From contig JBFLGF010000002.1 of the NCBI GenBank assembly GCA_050230475.1, forward strand, positions 1 through 64,000: a stretch of DNA of 64,000 bases. Direction: 5' to 3'. Below the pieces are notes generated by a model. That model saw only the letters and a program-made list of their open reading frames with translations. It did not search any database and was not told the DNA's origin. The DNA comes from Ancylonema sp. (lineage: Eukaryota). Below are positions 25,030 to 38,278 of the stretch, piece after piece. Each line of letters opens with the position of its first letter. The first letter of the stretch is position 1. The position numbers and the translations under genes are program-made.

Positions 25030-25450
25030 GTTGATTGCACTCGCTCCACCATTCTTTCATGGCTTTGTAATCGTTTTGGCGCACTAGAATCTTTTTGAGC
25101 CCCATTGTCTCCATCACAGCAAGTGTTGTCGCTCCTGCAGGCTGTGACTCTAATCTTGCAATCCACATGCAAGGACATGATCGATTGCTTCTTGCATTGC
25201 ACGTAGGTTTGCACCATTTGTGTTTGCTCTTAGACAGGGGTGTTTCCCCTCCCTATCTACAGCAGACTTCTGTTGGCGCTGGGCCAGCCTTGCGCATGAA
25301 TTTCTTCTGGACAGACAGGTCTGATGTCCTGCTCGAACATCACTTATTTTCAGACCCTGAAGCTACCTTTGGATATACTCATCCGATTCCATAGAGCGGT
25401 GAAAAATGCGGTTAAAAGCACATCTGTGCGCCAACAAAATGTACACGTAT
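25030..25450 (+). pseudogene. Inverted, diverged fragment of the PIG-H 3' half, including its last intron
   Basis: Translates as APAGCDSNLAIHMQGHDRLLLALH|gt...ag|TLKLPLDILIRFHRAVKNAV; intron text (cagcagacttctg, gttgattgcactcgct) matches the reverse complement of 19890-20335. Confidence 0.85.
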
Positions 25451-25522
25451 TTTCGAAAGATAGTTCATACATCAGTCCAAGGGGTACACTGACATCTTTG
25501 TGGCCAGCCTCCAGGACACTTC

Positions 25523-26663
25523 CTACTCTGCCTTCACTGGGAGATTGGTACTGATCTTATGAGCCTTGGACAAAAAGTCGGTGAACTCTTGGTAAGGACC
25601 CTTTTCAAACTTGGTCTTCTCCCACAGGTCAGGGGTCAAGAAGCCGTACGTGTTGAGCAGGCATTGGAAGGTGGCCTGCACATCCGAGATAGAGGATACG
25701 ATTTCAGCCTCACTGTACACATTGAGCAACTGATTGTTTCTTACACTTCATCGTACCATTCTTGCCCATCTGTATACCAACAAGATGATGCCCCCATACT
25801 TCTCTACCAGAACGACAGGCACAGGCCATTCAACGGCTGAGGCTGATCATAATCAGCAGCAGCTGAACAAAACCTTTCCCTGCCTGCTTCCCTAGCTACC
25901 TGCTGGGGAAATGTGGTGTGAGAGAAAGCCAAAAGAGCAAATATAGCTCATGTATATTCTCCAGTGAGCCAAAGGTTTCGGGTATTACCTTGACAAAGTT
26001 ACCGAGTGTCTTGGTTGATCCTCGCGAAGAGGTGAAGACATCATCAATCCCAGCGTACTGCAGCACCTTCTTGGGGACGCGAGCAGCCACGATACCAGAA
26101 CCCCTGGGAGCGGGCACCAGTCTCACAGTCACAGACCCGCACTTTCCTGTGACCTTCGTAGGTACAGTGTGAGGCTTCCCAATCTTGTTACCCCAGTACC
26201 CTCGTCGCACGGGAATGACAGAGAGCTTGGCAAGAATGATGGCCCCGCGAATAGCAGTGGCCACTTCTTTTGAGCACTTAACCCCCAGCCCGATATGCCC
26301 ATTGTTGTCACCCACGACAACGAATGCCTTGAAACGCGTTCGCTGCCCTGCACGTGTCTGCTTTTGCACAGGCATAATCTTCATCACCTCGTCCTTGAGG
26401 CTTGGCAAAAAGTGCTCCACAATCTGGTGCTCCTTGATTGGAAGTGAGAAAAGATAGATGTGTTCAAGCTCCTTGATCCTTCCATCCTTCACGAGGCGGC
26501 CAAGCTTCGTCACCGGTACCCATTCCAGCTTCTCGTCAGCTTTAGGAGCCCTTCTGCGAGGTCCTCGGTCCCCACGCCCGCGGTCCCCTCGACCTCTATC
26601 ACCCCTCTCTCCACGTGAAAACCCTCGACCAAACCCTCCACGATCTCCACCTCGTTCAGCCAT
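25523..26663 (-). CDS. RPS2: 40S ribosomal protein S2 (uS5); 2 exons
   Basis: RGG-rich N-terminus, [58 protein letters not shown]. Confidence 0.98.
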
Positions 26664-27488
26664 GATGAGGATTGTCAGAGGACTCCTAATGCATCTCCTG
26701 TGAGGCAGGCGGCCACGAAAGGAAGAGCTTGACGAGCCTGAAGAGCTGAAATATGCGTAGGAGTTTGGTCCGACCTGCCCTGGCTATGCGGTCCAACATC
26801 CAAACTCAGTTTTGATTGGTCAATACTTCAACAAATTCTGTCGGGCACAACGAAATATTTATGCCTATTTTGAGGTTTCAGGGCTCAGGGCAGCCCAAGA
26901 ATACCCCACGGTACGCCCCCTCACAAACTAGCAAACTCGCGCTGAACAGGTGAAAAACTCCAAAGCCCGAAACATTTCGGCATGAATGATCATTGCGCCA
27001 GAGTCGTGGCGCGTTTCATACATAATATTCATACATTTCGCTGGGGCTGCTTTGTGGAGATGAGCGGTGTTGCACAGGGTAGCTATGAATGGCGTCCAGA
27101 CCAGAACATGCCCCTGTACGGAGGTTAGTGCTGACAACGTGTCTAGGTCTCAACTTGCATGCCGAAGCAGCGCGAGGGTTCCTGTACCTTCACCATTTCC
27201 TTCACCTTCTACCTACCTGACTGCGTCAAGGCAGTTGCTTCCTTGAGTCAAGGACTTCTCACTCTCATATGTCATATTTGCGATTTCGCAAATTTCAGAC
27301 GTCTTATCTTATCTTCCACACGCTCTCTCAGCGTCTAGGAGCAGACGGTGTCCTGTGTCAAGTGTTTACATACGTAGGTTCGTATCAAAACTGTGAATAC
27401 TATTTCCCAATGTCATTCAGCACGAGGATAAAATGCAAAGAAGCAGCATGGAACTCCTCAGGAGCTCTACCTCTTGCGCATGCTAAAT

Positions 27489-28700
27489 CTATAATGCCTC
27501 TGCAAGCTTCCTAATAAATATCAGTCGCAGACTTTTCAGCTCCTCTTGCTTGCGCATGATGAGTTGGACAGCTCGCTCAGCTCGTTCAGCATTTTGCAGT
27601 AAATATGGAATAAATTTGAAGGTTAGGTTGGCTCCCAACCATTCTGTGTAAAGAGCATTCAAATAAAGAACTTTCATGCAAGTACAGGTCAAGCGTATTC
27701 TGGGGAAGACTCAATGAACACTTGCAGCAGCTTGTATGTAAAGATACCAACGGAAGCAGCCGACATGTAGACATGCTCACCTCAGGTAAGTTGTGATAGC
27801 TTGCCAGTGTATTGAATACTGGGCGAACTCTTGACCTAAAAGTCTTCTCGTCTATCACTAGCTCCTCAATGGATTGATGGCTCAGGTCTGTGTGGGACGT
27901 TTCTCATGTCATCCTGTAGCCAAGACAGAAAGAAAATTAGGATAATCTAGAAGCCCACCTCACAAACAATTGAGTCGCAAAAGCGGATAGGAAACTCATT
28001 TACATCACAACCCAGCAGCATTGGCTAATTTATAATATTTGTATTGCCCCGAAGATTAGTTCGTGCCTCCCTCAGATCCGCATTTCAGAGAGCCACTCCT
28101 CTGAATTCTGAGATCATGTTGCTGACTCCTACTGTACCGGCTGCAGCTCTCTGAACTCGCTACTGAGAAATGCTGCAACAAATTGGCAGAGGACGAGAAA
28201 CAGACCAATCTTGCAAAAAGATCCAAAAGCAGTGATCGCACATTTTACTTTTATCTGCCAGCGTATTTCTCGTATTACGGACCAGTTGTGGGAAAGGCAG
28301 GAAAAGAAGATCAGCTACCTTCACAGATGCTCTGTTGCCAATTCTGCTGCCCTCAGTTTACTTTGTGTTCATAGCTTGTACCTTCCCAGAGAAAATCGAT
28401 GCCCGTGCTTAGCTCAGTTCTGTAGGCATACTCGGCTTATCTCAAGCAGGAAACTGCAGTCGGAGTATGGCACCCACTCACTGCATACTACGGCTCGGGT
28501 TTGATTAAGGTTTGATACGTATTCGACCCGAATTCTGCAATGAAGATGTCAGAATTGTGGTATGAACCTGACATCCACATTACCAGGGCGACAAGAAATT
28601 GAGGCAATCATCAGAGCTCGTGTTCTGGAGAGTGAATTTCAAGAAGAAGTTTAGCTGCAGCCAGATCTCTAATCCTCTCTCGGACTTCTGGGTCCATGCC
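27489..28700 (-). CDS. Hypothetical multi-exon protein, structure unresolved
   Basis: Several AG..GT-bounded segments on the minus strand (e.g. 28381-28420 GIDFLWE; 27781-27885 LSHQSIEELVIDEKTFRSRVRPVFNTLASYHNLPE; AVQLIMRKQEELKSLRL); no family recognised. Confidence 0.3.
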
Positions 28701-29624
28701 AATTCTCGCCATTTCGACCACCACCATCTGCCAGTCCCCCGCAATATTTGCACCTCAACTGCTATCTCATTGCTGGATGAGGGCCAGGAGAAAGATGGAG
28801 ATAAATTTTCGAGGTGGAGACAGGATTTGAGTTTATACAAGCACATTGCTAGTCAGGTCGAAAGGCAGAAATGGGATGAGGCGATCATGCCGAATTTGAA
28901 GTTTGGATTCGAGTAGAAATAATTCGTATACTCATACAATACATATCACTTTGTTTTCGTAGCTCCCCTAGGATGTTTTTGTACCAACAATATGCATTTC
29001 CCTCTTCTTAACAGATATGAAAGCATGGCAACTTTGAGCATGGGAGTACAGTAGAAGAATGTTTTTATTTGCTAGCGAGGTGACCACATACAGGGCATTT
29101 GTCAATGAATTGACACTCATCAACTCTCCATCAACATTAACAATTGGGATGCCGGACCATTCTGCGATTGGTTCGCTAACTAACAAGTCGAAAGGGTTCA
29201 CATGTGAGAATCGCGGCAGCCATACTCAGCTTCTTCTGTTACCTCCTTGTTATATGGATAATGAATAGTTGCGACAAGTAAACGAGAACTTCTGTTGGTA
29301 CCACCTTAACAATATTTGATTCACTCTCCATAAAAGTTATAAACACTTTTCATCTTCATATCCAACATTTTTTTTATTTTTTGTGCACGTCCACCCAACA
29401 AAATGGAGATTTTATTCCACTCCTTAAATGTGAAGAAATCACTTTTTGTGTGAAGTACCTCTCATATATTTACTCTGATAAAAAAGTTGGTAACACTATA
29501 GACGAAGCTGTATGTTCAAGAATTAATAAACGAGGTAACAACGGTTAAGCTGGTCACAATATGCACACATCGACAATAAATCAGACATTATTTTTTTCCT
29601 ATCAATGATCCATACCGACCCCTC

Positions 29625-30468
29625 CTAGAAGAATACAACAGCCAAAACAAGTACGAGGGGTAAAATAAGGAACACTGCATAAGGGAGGGCCTCCATCATC
29701 ACATTACTATTTTTCTCCTCTTCGCTTGCTTTATACGTACTATTGTACCCGTCCGCAAAGGCATCAAAGTATGGACGATAGAGGCTTGTGTCCATATCCA
29801 AGCGCTCGCTCACTCTCAAATTCTGTGCCGCCTGCGTAGCCCCCAAAAAGAAAGTCTGCTTAGAAAGTGTCAACCACGTGCCAACACTGTCGCATGCAAG
29901 TCGTGGGGAAAGCCATCGACAACGTCCTATGCTTAAACACTGTATATTTTGCATCCCTACAAAATGATGCCTCCAAGAACAATACCTCGGGCGGTGCATA
30001 TTTTTGGGCACAATTGCACGATTATGGTAGTATATGTTGTGTGGTTTTGAATCCTCAAAATCCATCAATTTGCGTGAGATTATGAAACTACATTGAAATG
30101 ATATCACGATTTTGCACCGGAAATGGTTAAGTTCACTCTCCTCATCGGCGACAATTACATCGTACGCGTATGGCAAGAGTCACAAAGAGGTTGGACCTCA
30201 TGGGTCATACAAGTCAAAGAAATCGATTGACAGATTGCACCCCAAAAGGGCCCTCAGGTAGCTAGGATGATCTCTATATCAGAGCGGTGATGATGTATGT
30301 ATGTATATATACATATATACATGCATACATACATACATTCATACATGCATACATACATACATACATACATTCATACATGCATACATACATACATACATAC
30401 ATTCGTACATACATACATTCGTACATACATACATACATATGTGTATTTATATGTATATTTAGATATGT

Positions 30469-30519
<51 letters not shown>

Positions 30520-33127
30520 TACATACATATATGCATATATATATATATACATATAAGGTGCCATGTGGTCGTGTTGCGTGTCCAAACGCTCGTGTCCCTT
30601 CCATGTGCGACTGGGGCCGTTTTGGGTGTGCACGCGCTTGTCGTCTAACAATGCACATTATGTGGAGGCAAAGCACAAGGGTTGCTGAAATGTATACACA
30701 TGACATCAACACCTTGGTATAGGCACACTTTCTGACCTGAAACCCGAAAAGCAGTTGGCGAGACTTTTTTCGAATCCCTCCGTCGGGATGCGTCGACAAC
30801 TTCTCGTACATTTCCTTGGCGTCTCCCGACCTAAAACCCCAAACCCCCTTCAGCATTCTATGACGCCCCACGCATGCCGCACCAGGGTCGCCCATCAACT
30901 TCGAGGAATCTTCTAGGCAACTTCTGGCAGTCTTCCCACCCCTCCACAGCCACTTCTCACCCCTCTCCCCCTCTCCCTCATTAGCGTGGAATCCCCCACA
31001 GCAACAAAAATCCGAAATCATTTCCGTCATCGCACCCACACCAGATCCATACACTTTCTCCCTCCCCTCACCTGGCCATGGAGTCGAGGCAGACAGCCTT
31101 TTGCAGCAACGCCTGCCCGGGGATGGGGCTCTGCACCCCCATGCAACAAATCGAGGCTCAGATCCGAGCTGCTGTTGTGCTCTCCTGGCTCCCTGTTGTT
31201 TGCACCTGGAAGACGGTTTTGGTGAGCACCACCTCAAATTCCTCCAACGCTTCCCTCAGCCGCCCGCCATCCATCAACTCCCCGCCTCTCTCCAGGCACT
31301 GAGTATCCCACCCCCCCAACCGACCTGCCACCTGTCATCCGCACTGGCTGGCTTCGAACAGAACCCGAAACCCTAAATGCAGTCCTGGAACACGAGTCTC
31401 TGTGTGGGGTGGGTACCAATCGACCGGAAATTCCTTGCCATGTAGAAAACCCTAAAAAAGTGCACCAAGTATCCTCAACCTCAAACTCTCGATCCCCCAA
31501 GTTCCAGATTCTGTACCGCACCTGCCCTCCAATCAATCACCTGTTGACACCTGGACTTGGTCCCTGCGTCTATGTCCAGCCCAGCCACCCTCCTGTACTT
31601 CTCGAGCAGCTGCCGAGTCTTTGCCTCCCTGCCAGCCTTCTCCTCGACCGTTTCCAGAGGCTCCCCGGGGCGAATGGTGCGCCCCCCGCCATACTGCGGC
31701 ACAGGGGGATGAATGTGAAAAAGGACACTGCCGAGGACTGGGTCGATGGGGTTTTGGTTTCAGGGGTTTCTGGATGCCCTGCATGTTGAGGAGGGGGCGG
31801 ATAGCCGCCGCTTTTCTGCTTCCGATTGGGTTTTGTGGGGTTCATGGAGGAAATGCGGGTGGGGCAAATTCTGAGGTTGCAGACAGCTCTCATCTGCGTC
31901 ATCCTGCTTGTGCCAGAGATTAGGGTTTAGCAACTTACGGTAGAGGTCGGAGGTGCAAGGATAGGTTTAGAGGTTAAGGGTTAGGGTTTAAGGTTTGAGT
32001 TTGCATTCACTGACTGTGGAGGAAATGTCTCGGGGGCGGGGGAACACACCCCATGTGGACACTTTGGGTTTATACAGGCTCCCTTCACCCGCATCGGCAG
32101 AGGTACTGCTATTCGCCTCCCTGGTGAGGATTTCGACCGACGGGAGGCTGCCACGTGGCATGTCCATGGGAGCTCGTAGGCCAGCTGGCGTGGCGCGAGG
32201 ATCCTTCTTGTCCTCGAAACCCAGTCCCAGAAAGTCGGTGCTGGATATTCCCTTCCCTTTATAAGAACGAGAGGAGTCGGACTGTTGACTTTTGTAGTCC
32301 ATTTTTCGGGTGATGATTCCGTCTCTTGTGATGATTTGGACCTCTAGTTGGTCGGATTTTGTCGAGGGACTTGGGGTAGAGAGGTAAGAGTCAATGTCAG
32401 AGTTGGAGGTAGGCGCTGTGGTGGTGGGTGACGTGGATGCTAGGGCTGCCAGCAATTCCGATTCCTGCATTTTCTGCATTTCTGAGGGCATGAGGCTTGA
32501 CAAGGACACTGGCTGATCAGATTCTGGGGGCTGCACAGGTGGCACCGACGGGTCTTCTAAGCGGGTTCCCATTTCCCGTGGTCTCGGAGGAGCAGCGGTT
32601 ATTATTTCTCTTGGTGGAGATGAAGATTTAGTTTTTTTCGCCTTGTAAGCTTGCGCCCGCTGCCATGCTGCCAGGGCTGCATTGCTAGCAGGTGTCTGTC
32701 CAGCTGTCTGCGAGGGCCTGGCTGAGGATTGCTGAATTGCAGACAATTTCCCCCGTGAGTCAGGATCTTCTTCAATTTGACCAGGGCCTCCCAACGTGGA
32801 TGCCAACGTGAAATTTGAGCCCCGTGTTGCAGAAGTTTGTGTGTATACATCTGGCGCAACCGAGTCTCGCGGCCGTTGAGACTTCCCAGTTTCTTCATCA
32901 AGCGTGCACTTGGAAGGAAGAGATCCGCGGCGTGTCCGTACACGTGGCAGCTGCCCGACCGAAATTGTGGCGAGTCCTGTAGGCGGGGAGCTTACAGTGA
33001 AGGACCTCCGTTTTGATGGTATGAACTGGTATTGCCTTGCGCTAGCTGACTCAGCAGTACCTGTCCGCACATTCGACGAAATTCCATCCTTCCAAAGGCT
33101 TAACATCAGGGATGCTGCTTGAGACAT
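29625..33127 (-). CDS. At2g38780-like plastid TPR-like protein with C-terminal transmembrane helix; multi-exon
   Basis: Ser-rich N-terminus; [11 protein letters not shown]...[52 protein letters not shown]...[16 protein letters not shown]...YRPYFDAF...[16 protein letters not shown]. Confidence 0.75.
30295..30555. repeat. (ATAC)n/(AT)n microsatellite in intron
   Basis: Directly visible. Confidence 0.95.
31920..32000 (+). repeat. Short degenerate TTTAGGG array in intron
   Basis: tagggtttag...ggtttagaggttaagggttagggtttaaggtttgag. Confidence 0.7.
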
Positions 33128-33834
33128 TTCGCACAAGTACGTTGCTCCTGCGAAGCAAGCATCAGGGTTCTGAACGACCTCTCAAGTTCACCAGTGGTAC
33201 ATGACGTAAAAGGTACACACAACGCGGTGCAATTGCAAGCAAGCCCATGCCTGCCCAAGTTACCAGCGGTCTGGTCTTCCGGATGATCAGCCCATCTGTC
33301 GCGGGTACCAGAAACAATCCACTGAGATGTAACGAGAATCACTAGTATAGCGAGAATCGACTCTTCACCGAGAAATTGGGAGTCGTGGGCCACGGTCAAC
33401 AGGATTACATTAAAAAGAATGAATACTCTATTTAAGGATTTAGTCGTCTCAGGAGCTTTGTTGCACTGTACTCTCGTGAATCGCCAGCTCTGTTCTCGCC
33501 AGACGACAAGGGATATCTGAAAGTTTCTGTGGCATTGACGCGTGGTCGGATCCTGTACTTCAGGACCAGAGCACCAGGACATCCTATGTATGCAGCTGCT
33601 AATTATTGACGGCGGGACGGCACATAGGCAGTTGACGGTACTAATTTGCCTCACGAGTTTTGGGGGCTTTGCGCGTTCCTCGCAGCCTCTTTCCATGTCA
33701 CTCCTTCGATCTGGACTTACCGTGTTCTTGTAGCTCACCTCGGTTACAGTTTCTCCCTGCCCAACTTCACACAGCTGTAACGGTACGATTGCGCCGTCAG
33801 CGCCGTATACCAGGGAATTTGACTCGTGAACGCC

Positions 33835-36694
33835 ATGGGGCGGGACGATGCCCAATGGAAGGGCTTCGTTCAAGGTGGTGCTGCAGCTATGGTCGCCGGT
33901 TTCGTTACACACCCTCTTGATCTTATCAAAGTTCGGATGCAGGTGATTGTCTCTTCACAATACGATTATGCCAACCAGGCAATCATGCTGGAATCGGCGA
34001 GAGGGTAGCTTAAAAGTTTCTGATTTGATGTATGACTGATAAAAAATGGAGTGCTGACGTAGGGTTGTATATCCCTACTCTAGAACCGTTGGCTTGTAAA
34101 GGTGTGAGATAGGCTGTCACCCCTTGGATGAGATTTTATGCCGTGTCAACCTGGATTGCTTTGTTAGCCGATAATCTCCTATCATGCAGCATTGGCGTCA
34201 CAAAGAGCATGATCGTCTTCAACAAGCCAGATCCATACAGTAGGGCTTGGCTTGAAAGAGAACTGCCCGGTCCGTTCGACATTCCTCTCATCTGATCTGA
34301 GCCCTCCATTCTCTTCATCCCTCCTTGCAGCTTCAAGGCGAATCTCTCCTCCCACTTCGCATGCCCTCCTTGCTCAACGCCTCAGTGACAGGTGGCAACT
34401 TTGTGGCCACTCTGAGTCAGCCTCCTGCCGCCCTCGCCCTGCCCCGGCCAGGTGTTCTCGCCATAGCCCACCGTGTGGTCCAATTAGAAGGCTTCGCTGG
34501 CCTGTTCTCCGGGGCCTCCGCAACAGTGCTGCGGCAGGGGCTGTACTCCTCCACCAGACTCGGTATCTACGAGATCCTGAAAAACGCTCTGGAAGAGCCC
34601 TCAGAGTCGGGAGAGGCCAAAAAGGGTTTCCCCCTCTACAAGAAAGTGACAGCTGGCCTCTTTTCTGGGGCCATTGGGGCTGCCGTAGGGAATCCTGCTG
34701 ACCTGGCAATGGTGCGAATGCAGGTAACCGACATTGTGACATTGGGAGGGGCCCTGGAGGTAAATCTGTAGGAAAGAGGGGGGGGCACTTGAAGATAGCT
34801 GTCTGGCACCTCTTGTGGAAGATGCTCTGACGTCACTAAGCCCTTGAGGGCTCCGCCACTGTATCGAGCACTGTGGGTGTGTAGACAGAGCGAGCCTCCT
34901 TTCGCTTTAGCACCTTGGTGACCCCGACCTGAGTTGTCTGCAGGCGGACGGCCGCCTCCCATTGGCGCTCCGCCGCAACTATAAGAATGTTGGGGACGCC
35001 ATCGCGAGCGTTATGCGGCAAGAGGGGGTGGCGGGACTGTGGAGAGGGTGTGGGCCTACGGTGCAGAGGGCTATGGTGGTCACCGCATCGCAGGTGAGAG
35101 GAGAAGTATAGATGTTGTTATTTTTAGTATTGCTATCATTGTTGTTGTTGTTATTCTTTTTCTTCTTCTTCTTCCTCTTCTTCTTTTTGTTGTTCTTTTT
35201 ATTGTCATTATTATCATTGTTATTATTGACGCTATTTGTGGTATTACTGTTATTATGATCATTATTGTTATTCTAGCTATTTCAATTGTTACTATAATTA
35301 TTATTTTTATGTCATCATCATTTTTGTATCATAATTATCATCATTTTTAAAAAATGAGTTATTATTATTATTTTTGATGTTATCATTATTATTATTATGA
35401 CCATTAGTATTATTATTATGACCATTATTATCACCATTACAAATAATATTCTGATTGTTACTATCATCATTATTGTTATCGTTGTTGTTGTGATTTGTTT
35501 TTGTTTTTGTTTTTTGTTTGTTGTTTTTGTTCTTGTTATTGTTGTCATCATTATTATTACTTTTATTGTTATGATTATGATCATCATGATTATTATTATG
35601 ATTATTACTAAAACGAGATGTGCTTGTGGGTACCTCTGGTATATAGGCGGAAACATGCATAGATTTCAAACCTGGTACTGACTAACGAAATTTGAAGAAG
35701 TGATGGTGATTTGGGCTAGATTCGAATTCAGTTCCAAAAAGAATGTAATGAATCAATCATGAATGAACAACTATGATATGGTCTGCATCATCGGGGAATG
35801 CTACCAAATTTATTGTCCTCATGCTCTGTGCCCATACAAATTGTACCAAAACGTGTTTATGGGCGAAAACAAAGCACAATGATGATATGAGTGAGAGCTA
35901 AGGACTATGGTAAACCGAATACTGAGCTTTGTACGAGACGTGGGTCTCTGACATCTTACTCACTTATACCTCACTTCGTAATTTCTGAGATAAGTCTTGT
36001 TAACAAGTCAACAAGGACCAACCTCTTTGGATGTCTCCTCCTTTGCGTCCCTACACTTCCTCTAAACGCATCCCGGAATTACTTTAAAAGTTGGTCGGTG
36101 CGTGATACCTATTTCTAACCTGCTCACTCGAAATGTGGCGCAGTTGGCGACATACGACCAATCCAAAGAAGCAATCATTGCGAGCGGTGCGATGAAAGAC
36201 GGTTTCGGCACACATGTGACGGCTAGTTTCGCTGCCGGATTTGTGGCGGCAATCATGTCGAATCCGTTGGACGTCATCAAGACGCGGCTGATGAGTATGA
36301 AGTTAGTGGAGGGGAAGGCTGCACCGTATAGAAGTAGCCTCGATTGCGCGATGAAGACTGTGCAATCTGAGGGGATCATGGCGTTGTATAAGGTAATTTG
36401 TGCGGTATATGCTGCTCCTCCATATTCGTAGGGTGTTTTTTTCTTTTCTTTCATTCATTCATGTTTTTGTGGTATGGCGATGGTCCAATAATACGAGAAA
36501 AAGCTTGCTTGCCCGTCATCTATGCACATGTGAACCCTGTCTCGATATCGAACGCACACATACTTGAATCCCACTCACCTTCATTCGCATCAACATTGCA
36601 GGGTTTCGTTCCCACTATCACGCGGCAATGGCCGTTCACAATGGTGCTCTTCGTCACTTTAGAACAAGTGAAGAAGACTCTGGAAAGATTTTGA
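33835..36694 (+). CDS. DIC: Mitochondrial dicarboxylate carrier (plant DIC / UCP4-5 subfamily); 5 exons
   Basis: KGFVQGGAAAMVAG..THPLDLIKVRMQ|LQGE; SATVLRQGLYSSTRLGIYE; GNPADLAMVRMQ|ADGRLP..RRNY; RAMVVTASQ|LATYDQ; SNPLDVIKTR; ALYK|GFVPTITRQWPFTMVLFVTLEQV. Confidence 0.95.
35113..35608. repeat. Degenerate (TTA/TCA/TTG)n trinucleotide array in intron
   Basis: Directly visible; begins about 19 nt after the donor at 35094. Confidence 0.9.
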
Positions 36695-37150
36695 GTTTGC
36701 ACTAGACTTGCAAATATTGATTATTGTGATAGAAGCGAAGCGAACAAGTAAGTTTCTTTGCTTCATCTTATGTTCGAGCCATAAATGTCATATTGACATC
36801 TCCATTCTTTGTATATATTTCTCCACGCGGCAAGTATAAGTGATAACGTAGACAACACAGCAATGAGATAGAAATCTCACCCAGTTTTGAGGTACCAAGT
36901 TTATGTCACCAAGGTGTCGAGGTTTTCGGCAGAGGTGGGTCACATTATGACGGAATTATGCAGTTCTTGTACCACAGCGGTTGCTGGTTGGTGAATGGCA
37001 ACAGATTGCTCCGAGAGCTTCTTACGCACCAGTGTGACATGTGAACTTCACATTATTCTTCTGGTCGTACATATCTTAAACAGATTCGACATCAATGACC
37101 TCTGGAGAGCCATCGACTTCTCAATGTAACAATGAGTTTGACGAAAAAGA

Positions 37151-38278
37151 TGTCGTATTATATTCCATCATGTAATGTTCCCACGTGCGATTAAGGATTT
37201 ATAACGAGCTTTGTTGTAACATGCATTCACACTTGCGAATTGAATGTGAATCCCTCGTCGTGGATGTACCCACATGTAACCGTGACATAGACAAGGTCCG
37301 ACACACACACGTGCAAGATAGCATACATCACTTGCATGCATCTCATATGCGTACCCAATGTGGTAAATATTATTTTCTAGTTTCCTATGGCAAGATGATG
37401 CCCTTCGGACTGAACGTAATGTGTTCGAAACAATGGTGTAAATGTGAATGCGATTTCTCATCTGATTCAGAAAGATACAAAAATGGGTAATTGTCAGCCG
37501 AATGCACTTCAAACTACTCAACACACGATATTATGGGTTCAGGATTTATCAGCGGGTCCCGAGGACTACAAAGACCTGATGAGGTCTGAGTATAATATGT
37601 ACAAGATATATAATCCTCGACTCTGCTCAAATCCTACCTCATTAGCATCTTCTTTGCGGCGCCGCTAAGTGGGTGCACCGACATCTAGGCTCGTGCATTC
37701 CTAGCCAAGTATTCCGATGTATACGTCATGTACATCAATATTGCAACTAAGTACAATGTATGGCTACTGCAAGACTGGTCTAGTCACATTTTTGCATTGC
37801 TGGCGTCCGTCTAGGATCGCTGAGCATACATCAAAGTGAAGTGTATCTCTAAGTAATTTGTCTCTACCGGGAGCAAGGACATATAAACACCTTAGCTTCA
37901 AACGTGGGTGTCTACTTTGCGACATAAGGTGTAGCAAAGATACGTGTAACTACCGCTGAACACTAACGTGCAATCTGACAAGTCTGCAGGTAGTGTAGGC
38001 GGGCAAGGCGCCGTAAATGGCGGAGCGCATATATCGTCTGGTCCATATCTACGGCCTTCGTTAGACAACCGAAACTTAATAATGATTGTCCGGGCGCGTG
38101 CCAAATAGAGACGTGAGTTTAGGTACCCCCGCGTGTGCATACCTTAAGCCTATTCGTTAATGCGGTCTTTCGTTGTACGAGTGGTATTCTTTGTATAGGC
38201 ACATTTATCGTTTAGGCACATTCGCCTATTGTCCTCTATATCTCCTCATCTAGGCACACGATCGATTCCAGTCCGACA
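37151..38278. mobile_element. Candidate 1.13-kb insertion or solo-LTR-like segment (TGTCG...CGACA)
   Basis: Absent from duplicate unit 2; ends form a 5-bp inverted repeat with TG...CA termini; no clean TSD and no coding capacity. Confidence 0.35.

Noticed and set aside
25678..25989. Possible snoRNA in the RPS2 intron
   Set aside because: No convincing box C/D pair with terminal stem and no H/ACA layout.
28605..28720. In-frame TGA TGA suggesting selenocysteine or readthrough (HEL**LPQF)
   Set aside because: The reading frame is not established, no SECIS element is identifiable, and other frames are open.
36620..36640. RQWPF instead of RQGPF in DIC as an RNA-editing site
   Set aside because: It would need U-to-G editing in a nuclear gene; an ordinary substitution is simpler.
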